Virus record (IMG/VR): IMGVR_UViG_3300001682_000595
Origin: an uncultured virus (IMG/VR IMGVR_UViG_3300001682_000595)
Lineage: Duplodnaviria > Heunggongvirae > Uroviricota > Caudoviricetes
Length of the DNA: 20,000 nucleotides
Direction: 5' to 3' (one strand)
Shown: positions 8,436 to 15,376 of the stretch, one piece after another
How positions within the stretch are numbered: the stretch's first letter is position 1
How the letters are laid out: every line of letters begins with the position of its first letter
The notes under the pieces: model-generated
Seen by the model: only the letters and a program-made list of their open reading frames with translations
What the model was told of the DNA's origin: nothing
Databases searched by the model: none
Program-made: the position numbers and the translations under genes

Positions 8436-10004
8436 ATGATGCGAAAAGTTATGAAGATAGAAGCGGGCGGGGACAGGTTTGTTTCAGCCTTAAAGCTTCG
8501 GGTGGCGGCATATTGCCGCGTTTCCACCGACAATGACGACCAGCTTTTAAGCCTTGAGGCGCAAAAGCAGCACTATGAAAAAATCATCAGGGACAATCCG
8601 GAGTGGGAGTTTGCGGGGCTCTACTGCGACGAGGGCATCTCAGGCACCAAAAAGGAAAACCGCGACGGGCTTTTGAGGCTCCTGCGGGACTGCGAGAAGC
8701 ATAAGATAGACTTCATCATTACCAAGTCCATCAGCCGGTTTGCGAGAAATACCGCCGACTGCCTTGAAATCGTCCGCAGGCTTTCGGAACTTGGCGTTTT
8801 CATCTATTTTGAAAAGGAGAACATCAACACGCGCGCCATGGACAGCGAGCTCTTGCTTTCGGTGCTCAGCAGCCTTGCGGAAAACGAGTCGGTTTCCATC
8901 TCACAGAACAACAAATGGGGCATTAAGAAGAGGTTCCAAAGCGGGACATACAGGCAGGCCATAGCCCCCTACGGATACGACAAGGTTGGCTGCACGCTGG
9001 TTCCAAACCCCGAGGAAGCGCCGGTCATAAAGCGCATTTTCCGGCAGGCGCTTTCCGGTGTGGGGGTGTATAAGATTGCGAAGGGGCTCAATGAGGACGG
9101 GATTGCCGGACGAAACGGCAATCCATGGTCTGCCGGAACCGTCCGCGGCATATTGACAAACGAAAGGTACATAGGCGACCTGCTTTTGCAGAAAACCTAC
9201 ACCGACGACAGTTTCAGGCGGCGCAAAAACGGCGGCGAGCTTGACATGTACTATATGAAGGACCACCACGAGCCGCTTGTCAGCCGTGAGGATTTCGAGG
9301 CGGCAAAAAGGATGCTCGACCAGCACGCCAGGGAAAAAGGCATCGTGAGGGACGGGCGCAAATACAACGCGCGCTACCCGTTTTCGGGCCGGATCACCTG
9401 CGGGCAGTGCGGCGGGACATTCAAAAGGCGCATCCACCATGCTGGCAGGCAAAGCGAATATGTATCATGGTGCTGCGGCACGCATATTGAGGATATATCC
9501 GCGTGCTCCATGCTGTTTGTGCGGGAGGAGCACATCAGGAAAGCCTTTGTCAACATGACAAACCGGCTTTATTCCGGGCTGGACATGGTGCTGAAGCCTT
9601 TGACGGAGGCGCTGCGCAGGCAGGACGGCGACGGGTATTTTGCAAGGCTGGACGATATCGAAAGACTGATTAGTAAAAATACCGAGCGGGCGCAGGTGCT
9701 GGCGGGCCTTATGGCCAAAGGCTATCTTGAGCCCGCTCTTTTCAATTCGCAGGCAAACGCGCTCAAGCAGGAGGCGGAAAGGCTGAAAAAGGAAAAGGCG
9801 GCGCTTTTAGCCGCAATCGGCGAATTCTCGGCGGTTTCGGCGGCCGAGGAGGTCTATCGCTACCTTTCCCGGCGTGGATACATGGAGGAATTTGACGGCG
9901 ATTTCTATGACCGCTTTGTGGAGGGCATGACGGTCTTCTCCCCTGTTGAAATCGGCTTTCGCTTAAAATGCGGCCTTGTCCTGCGGGAAAGGATGGAAAG
10001 GTAA
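8436..10004 (+). CDS. Large serine recombinase (resolvase + recombinase + zinc-ribbon domains), apparently intact
   Basis: '[11 protein letters not shown]' catalytic Ser motif, 'DEGISGT', 'KSISRFARN', 'PYGY', 'L-NE-Y-G', 'HEP-VS-E-F', 'CGQCG'. Start 8436 or 8439 after GGAGGAGG. Confidence 0.93.
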   Translation: MMRKVMKIEAGGDRFVSALKLRVAAYCRVSTDNDDQLLSLEAQKQHYEKIIRDNPEWEFAGLYCDEGISGTKKENRDGLLRLLRDCEKHKIDFIITKSISRFARNTADCLEIVRRLSELGVFIYFEKENINTRAMDSELLLSVLSSLAENESVSISQNNKWGIKKRFQSGTYRQAIAPYGYDKVGCTLVPNPEEAPVIKRIFRQALSGVGVYKIAKGLNEDGIAGRNGNPWSAGTVRGILTNERYIGDLLLQKTYTDDSFRRRKNGGELDMYYMKDHHEPLVSREDFEAAKRMLDQHAREKGIVRDGRKYNARYPFSGRITCGQCGGTFKRRIHHAGRQSEYVSWCCGTHIEDISACSMLFVREEHIRKAFVNMTNRLYSGLDMVLKPLTEALRRQDGDGYFARLDDIERLISKNTERAQVLAGLMAKGYLEPALFNSQANALKQEAERLKKEKAALLAAIGEFSAVSAAEEVYRYLSRRGYMEEFDGDFYDRFVEGMTVFSPVEIGFRLKCGLVLRERMER

Positions 10005-10877
10005 TGAGGCATATACCTTACGGATACAGGATTAAAAACGGCCGGGCCGTTTTGGATGCAGACGAGGCGCGGCGGGTAAGGATGTTTTTTGAAGATTACC
10101 TGAATGGCGCGTCGCAGCAGGAAGCGGCAAGGCAAAACGGCATCCGCCGGGCGCAGGCGACCCTGGGCAAGATGCTGCGGGATAAAAAATATACGGGCGA
10201 CGGCTTTTATCCTCCGGTCATATCTCAGGAAACCTTCGACCGGGCGCAGGAGGAGCGCAAGCGCCGTGAAAAAAGCCTTGGCCGGGACAAGAATTTCTTT
10301 GCCAAAGACAAAGAGGGCATATCCCCTTTCTGGGGTCTTGTGTTTTGCGGAAAGTGCGGCGGCGAATACCGCCGCTACGCCGACGGCGGAAGAAACCGAT
10401 GGGCCTGCATCCGGCGAGCAAAGCGGCGCGATTTGCATGAAAATTGCCCGATGATCTCCGAGGCGGCGCTTGAAAAAGCGTTTATGGAGCTTTTGCGGTC
10501 TATTGATTTATCTGACTTGCAGGACGGCCCGAAAAAGGCCGCGCCGGATATTGAAGCAAAATATGACGACCCGGTAAAGCAGGCGGAGTACGCGTATTCG
10601 CTTATCGAAATAGACGACTTTGCTTATCTGACGAAAAAGCTTAAAAAAAAAGCTTAAAAAGCTGCTCATGGAAGCGCCGCCGGTCTTCGATGGGGAGTAT
10701 ATGAAAAGCGTCGTCCGGCGCATAACGGTATGCGGGGACAGGGCGGAGTTTGAGCTTTTAAACGGCAAAACCTACGGAAAGGAGCTGAGTTTGGGTGCTG
10801 CAGACGGCAAGGAACGTGTCGGTCATACCGGCGCGAAGAAATATGCACCTGGCGGCGGAGGACAGCGCCGGGCATAA
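10004..10877 (+). pseudogene. Second recombinase-family gene (recombinase + zinc ribbon, no catalytic domain), frameshifted by a 13-bp tandem duplication
   Basis: ATG overlaps the upstream stop (TAATG); 'HIPYGYRI-NG', 'Y-GD-FYP--I--E-F', 'CGKCG'. AAAAAGCTTAAAA occurs twice in tandem (10634-10659); removing one copy fuses the 10004 frame with ORF 10668-10877. Confidence 0.8.
10634..10659. repeat. Perfect 13-bp tandem duplication creating an A9 run
   Basis: AAAAAGCTTAAAA at 10634-10646 and 10647-10659. Confidence 0.9.
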
Positions 10878-11169
10878 GCTGCGGGTGGCGGCCTACTGCC
10901 GCGTTTCCACAGACGAAGAGGAACAGGCCTCCAGCTACGAGGTGCAAATCGAGCATTACACGTCTTTCATACAGGGCAATCCGGAGTGGGAGCTGGCGGG
11001 CATATTTGCCGATGTAGGCACGCCTTATGGACTAAACACCAAAGCCCATAAATGCCTGATTTTGCAGGAATCTATCGGAGCTTTTCTCCTTGAGAAGATC
11101 CCAAGTGGTCGGAAGGCAGATGTTACCTGGACATGGATGACTATTTCACATGGCGTAATAGCCAGGTAG
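10795..11169 (+). pseudogene. Third serine recombinase, N-terminal ~73 aa only; family similarity ends at ~11013
   Basis: RBS AAGGAG upstream; 'NVSVIPAR', '[23 protein letters not shown]', '[12 protein letters not shown]', then [11 protein letters not shown] where DEGISGT is expected; the remainder of the ORF is unrelated. Confidence 0.85.
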
Positions 11170-11250
11170 AATCCTGCACCTTCGGCAAATATCTTAACTT
11201 GAAACTACCATTCGCCCGGTTTGTTTTTACACACAAATTAGGACTTGGCC
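11074..11250 (+). mobile_element. IS256-family 3' remnant (transposase C-terminus + right terminal inverted repeat)
   Basis: With one frameshift near 11096 it reads [28 protein letters not shown], resembling the IS256 transposase end (GA-L-E--E-W--GR-YL-M). 11225-11250 reverse-complemented is GGCCAAGTCCTAATTTGTGTGTAAAA, which resembles the IS256-family end as recalled (AAGTCC...TGTGTAAAA). Confidence 0.7.
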
Positions 11251-11280
11251 CTCCATTTACTTACATCTCGATGTGCGCTA

Positions 11281-11919
11281 TTAATCATCCCATCCACGGT
11301 TCTCCGTGTACAGATCGTCCATCCATCCATCGTCATAGACTGATCCTTCGCCCTTATAGGGTACAGCGCGGGGTTTGCCCATTTCATATAACCTGCAAGA
11401 CTTTGGGCCATAGCAAAAACTTTCGAATCGGTACTTCATACTCACACCCCAGTCATATTCAATCTCGACCGCCGACATCGTTGCCCAAGCGCATTGAAAG
11501 CATTTGCCTTTATAGCTACTCGCGCTCAGCATTCTTGCGCCGCGCCATTTATAGGTTGCCATATCGGGCGGTTCTATCAAATACGGCGGCGGAGTGGGTT
11601 CGGTTTGTTCTGCCTTCTTTGTGATTTTCAAACCTCCGGCACGGTAGTAATCGGCATATTCGCTGACATCATACATTTTCGTTCACGCAGTGCCTTTGCC
11701 CTCGTCGCCAATGCGGAAGATAAGTTTTATTTGTTGCTTTTCAGATATGGCAACAGAAAACTGAGACTTAATCCCATTCACTTCACCGTCAAGGAAAAGA
11801 TTGTAGCCGCGATGATAGTGGGTACGGTTATCCAGCTTATATCGCCATACGGTCGTACGCGGTTGGATTGACACGATCGTTCCTCGCCATTCAATTTTTT
11901 TAAGTTCATTAGCTTTCAT
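11281..11919 (-). pseudogene. Hypothetical Cys-containing protein (212 codons) interrupted by a single in-frame TGA at 11683-11685
   Basis: ORFs 11683-11919 and 11281-11676 share a frame and read ...GKGTA*TKMYDVSEY...; consistent with a TGG(W)->TGA change. C-terminal half has CFQC and CYGPKSC. Confidence 0.75.
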
Positions 11920-12027
11920 TTTTGCATTCTCATTTTCGGGTTAATAATGTTGAACTTGGCAAGAATAACGCGATCTTAAGGCATATTAGAATAGATAGTT
12001 TTAATTACATCAATTCAAACGTCCAAA

Positions 12028-12921
12028 TCAATCACTTGTCTTCTCAAGATTTTTAAGCGGAATACCTTCTTTGGTTCTCCACATCTCGTTTCCGCTTAGG
12101 CTTGACCCGCCGACAAATGCGGCGGCGGCTGAAGGGCTTGAGAGCAGCACATCTTCTGTCAAAGTATTACTCGCGTCAATTTTATCGCTATACTTTTTTC
12201 GTGCCTTTATAGCGACTTCTGGACAGCTCTTTGCGATTTTCTGTGAAAGAATACTGCCTTTTAAAACTACGAACCCCTCGCTTGTTCGCCGACCAGTCGC
12301 TTTTGCATTTGTATTCTCGAAATAAAGCAGGGGTTCTTCGACCACGGGGTAATCTCCAGCGATAGAAACGGGCGATACAGCTACAAGTGGCTCAAATACC
12401 CTATGCCCCAGCGTACCCATCACAATACGAGCGTAGTCGACAAACTCCTCCAACTCGCTTTCTTTCTCTTCGGTAATGTTACCGTGCGTTGGATCGTTTC
12501 CGTTTTTTACTTCGTAGCGCTTAGCGGCAAGCGCAAGTCGGCAGAATCGATTTTCAAGGTAACTGATTTCAGTAGGTCCAAAGGAGTTATTTGAGGTAGT
12601 AAACACAACAGCCTCCGTCCAGTAGTCTTTATCAGGGTTACGCTTATGCTCCTGCAGGCGGTAAAGCAAACCCTCGCCGTTCTTACGAGCACCTGCCTGT
12701 CCGATATATACTATGTTGTTGCCGGTTTGATCGGACGTGCCAAAAAGGAAATAGACGCCGCTCTGCTTGAGGTCGTTGCGCTCTTTACACAAATCCAAAG
12801 AAGTACGTGGAATTTTATAGGCAATGCCGGTCCAGTTTGCAAGCGTGCATTTGATACGCCCGTTCGGCTCGCCATCCATTAAAAAAAGATTGATGCTTTT
12901 CCCTCGCGAAGCCATAACCAT
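12028..12921 (-). CDS. GIY-YIG nuclease family protein with C-terminal DUF4357 domain
   Basis: 'GVYFL...VYIGQA...RL-EH...YLE...N' catalytic set; C-terminal 'GF-VLKGS', 'LT-D----SPSAAA-FV-G-S-SG---W'. Start 12921 or 12915. Confidence 0.88.
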   Translation of the reverse strand: MVMASRGKSINLFLMDGEPNGRIKCTLANWTGIAYKIPRTSLDLCKERNDLKQSGVYFLFGTSDQTGNNIVYIGQAGARKNGEGLLYRLQEHKRNPDKDYWTEAVVFTTSNNSFGPTEISYLENRFCRLALAAKRYEVKNGNDPTHGNITEEKESELEEFVDYARIVMGTLGHRVFEPLVAVSPVSIAGDYPVVEEPLLYFENTNAKATGRRTSEGFVVLKGSILSQKIAKSCPEVAIKARKKYSDKIDASNTLTEDVLLSSPSAAAAFVGGSSLSGNEMWRTKEGIPLKNLEKTSD

Positions 12922-12933
12922 TTGAATAAGAGT

Positions 12934-15231
12934 TTATTCTTCTCCACCCATCATCATGTTGTAGTGTTGCTCCTGCTCTAGGGCTGTAAAAATCAACTTA
13001 AAGACCGCTTTGTACAGATTAATGTCGGCACAGCTATCAACATAGTTCAAGCCGTCGCAGAAACTGATCGAGTTTACGTTAATATAGGAGAGCATCGCAG
13101 AGGCAAGGTGATATTTTGTATAGTCTGGTTGCCCATTCTCCATCGTTTCGACAAACTTTTCCTTGTTCTCTTCCAGAACTCGCTTACGTATGTTTACACC
13201 GTCGTAGCCGCAAAGTTGCATGAAGTAATACTCCAGAATTCGACGAATTACGTTCAGTACGGGGATCGCTGTATCGACCTCTCGGTATTCGCTCCAGAGG
13301 GCGGCGTAGGAGTTCACGACAGGATTATAATTCTCATTTTCGGTCGGGATTTTTTGGCTCTGTCGTACACAAAGTCTGACGGATGAGTTATTGCTCGTTT
13401 TGTTTACTATAAATAATGATACGCATTTGAAGCGTTTTGTCTGGTTGTAGGTTATTTCCCTATGGAAATAGACATTATGGGTCAGGATAAAAATCTGCTT
13501 AATATAATCACCCTGAACCTGATTATCCAAGTAGCTGACATTGTTATAACAGACCTCGATCATCTCTCTTACTAACGTACTGACGATAAACAGAACGCTA
13601 CTGTCCAGGCTCGAAACGGGATCGTCAATTACGACAATCTTATCCTTGCTGACATCCGCATTACTATGACTTCCGCGCACAAGGTGGTAAAAGTACAGAA
13701 AAGCTATGAAATTCCGCTCACCCTCACTAAGGTTTTCGGCAACTTGACCATCTTGGCGAACCACTTCATACACATTCTGTTGGCCGCGTTTTTCTCTAAG
13801 GGAAAAGCCTTGAAACCCCGAATCACGAAGTAAACTGTTAATACTCTTGATGGTAGGAGCGGTACTAACGATTTTCTTGTTAAGGTCGGCAATTTCCATT
13901 TCGAATGTGCGTGAAGCAGATCGAGCATCGTTTATCTGCTTCGTCAGAGCCATAATTTCGCCATCCAAATTCATCATGCTCGTTTTGTAAGATGCTACAA
14001 CACTCTGCAAGATAAAAGCGATAAGTTCCCAGACCTTTGTCTTGCACTCGGCCTGGCTTTTCTGCTTGGCGCTGACTACTGCATTATTGGCTTGAATCAG
14101 TTTGTTAAATTCCACTATGAGAGCACTCAGCTCCTCACGGACTGTTTTAACGGCCTCGTTGTCGAGGGTAATAACGGAAGATGGCTCATTAATTTTCGCT
14201 GCTATTTTTTGAAGGTTGCCGTCAACCAGTTTTTCCAAAAGTGTGAGTTTATCCATGTATTCCTTTATATTGATTTTCGGAAGCACGTCCTGTAAGTTGC
14301 AGTGAAGCACGTCAATAAAGCCCTGCATATCGCTTTGGTAGTCATCATAAAACTGTCGGAGATTGTCGATATCCTCTTGGTATTGTCCGTCAAAGCAAGC
14401 AGCGATTTGTTCCTCGAAATCATAGGGTAGCTTTTGTTGGCAATAGGGGCATTTACCATCAGGTGTGTCGGCGAAGTGCTCATAACCTTGGCGTACCCAA
14501 TCCGTTGCGTTAAGAGCCTTTATGAATCTGGAAAAATCCGTTTCGCCACTGCTAGTAATGGGTTTGGAGAGCAATTCATTGCCATTGGAGCCTTGAAGCC
14601 TCGTCACCCTGCCAAGTAGCTGAAACTCACGGTATGTACGGGCGTTAGGATCAAACGCTGTTTCGTATAGAGTTTGCAATTCCTTGATGTCATGTTCCGT
14701 CGGGTTTTTAATTTGCAGAACCTTATCAGCAAATTGTGCTTTGCGCTTATACCCGTCCTGTGTGGCATCAAACAGCTCACGTATTCTTTTTGTCTTATCC
14801 CAGCAGCTTTCTTGAAAATTCCCCCGAAGTGTTCCTTTCGCCATCTCCTTGCGTTCTTTTTCGGCAGACAGCCTTGCCTCCAAAGCATCCTGCTCAGACT
14901 TCAGAGCGGTTTTTGCGGCGATATCATTTTGAATTTGAATGTTTTGTTCACCGACTGTGAACACGCCCTTCAACTTTCCGTAGTCCTGAAAGTTAGCACT
15001 AACAAAATCCTGATTATAGACTAGAATATTGTAATCGGCAGCGGATTTACCATCCTGCCATACAAGCCCACTATCCGCGCTGATTTCTCGCGCTATCGTC
15101 GATTTACCTGTGCCATTATTACCATAAAAGAAGTTTATGAGCGTAGGTTCAAACGAAATATCGTGAAAAGTTGCGGCGTTTAGCGTGACTTTTTCGATTG
15201 CCGACGTTATCTTTGTATTCATCGTCATCAT
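12934..15231 (-). CDS. RloC-like AAA_13 (Rad50/SMC-type ABC ATPase with zinc hook and C-terminal HEPN-like region)
   Basis: Walker A YGNNGTGKST, 'VYNQDF' Q-loop, coiled coils with CPYCQQ hook, signature LSEGE, Walker B IVVIDDPVSSLD, H-loop LTHN, 'NVIRRILEYYF'. AAAGGA spacing favours a start at 15222. Confidence 0.85.
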   Translation of the reverse strand: MMTMNTKITSAIEKVTLNAATFHDISFEPTLINFFYGNNGTGKSTIAREISADSGLVWQDGKSAADYNILVYNQDFVSANFQDYGKLKGVFTVGEQNIQIQNDIAAKTALKSEQDALEARLSAEKERKEMAKGTLRGNFQESCWDKTKRIRELFDATQDGYKRKAQFADKVLQIKNPTEHDIKELQTLYETAFDPNARTYREFQLLGRVTRLQGSNGNELLSKPITSSGETDFSRFIKALNATDWVRQGYEHFADTPDGKCPYCQQKLPYDFEEQIAACFDGQYQEDIDNLRQFYDDYQSDMQGFIDVLHCNLQDVLPKINIKEYMDKLTLLEKLVDGNLQKIAAKINEPSSVITLDNEAVKTVREELSALIVEFNKLIQANNAVVSAKQKSQAECKTKVWELIAFILQSVVASYKTSMMNLDGEIMALTKQINDARSASRTFEMEIADLNKKIVSTAPTIKSINSLLRDSGFQGFSLREKRGQQNVYEVVRQDGQVAENLSEGERNFIAFLYFYHLVRGSHSNADVSKDKIVVIDDPVSSLDSSVLFIVSTLVREMIEVCYNNVSYLDNQVQGDYIKQIFILTHNVYFHREITYNQTKRFKCVSLFIVNKTSNNSSVRLCVRQSQKIPTENENYNPVVNSYAALWSEYREVDTAIPVLNVIRRILEYYFMQLCGYDGVNIRKRVLEENKEKFVETMENGQPDYTKYHLASAMLSYINVNSISFCDGLNYVDSCADINLYKAVFKLIFTALEQEQHYNMMMGGEE

Positions 15232-15248
15232 CCTTTACGGCTAAACTA

Positions 15249-15350
15249 TTAACGGAGTAATCTCAAAACGCCCAACTTACGTCTGCCTTTAAGTAGTAGG
15301 ATAATTACAGCTACTATTAGCGCGACACGTATAATGTAAAAACTCCACAT
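15249..15350 (-). CDS. Possible 33-aa single-pass membrane peptide
   Basis: MWSFYIIRVALIVAVIILLLKGRRKLGVLRLLR*; GGAGG 4 nt upstream of the ATG; fills the res-to-ATPase gap. Confidence 0.4.
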   Translation of the reverse strand: MWSFYIIRVALIVAVIILLLKGRRKLGVLRLLR

Positions 15351-15376
15351 TTAACCTCCATGTTATCCGTAAGTAC

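Larger units (their letters stand above)
1..11013 (+). mobile_element. Right arm of a siphovirus-like prophage ending in a serine recombinase trio
   Basis: Co-oriented tail, lysis and recombinase gene order; GC-rich sequence that gives way to a more AT-rich block, mostly on the opposite strand, after ~11015. Confidence 0.88.

Noticed and set aside
11133..11624. 163-aa + strand ORF as a real gene
   Set aside because: Its start is the IS256 remnant frame and it runs antisense through the - strand hypothetical gene.
11683..11685. In-frame TGA as selenocysteine or recoded Trp
   Set aside because: Other genes here use TGA as a normal stop, there is no redox motif context and no obvious SECIS hairpin; a nonsense change is simpler.
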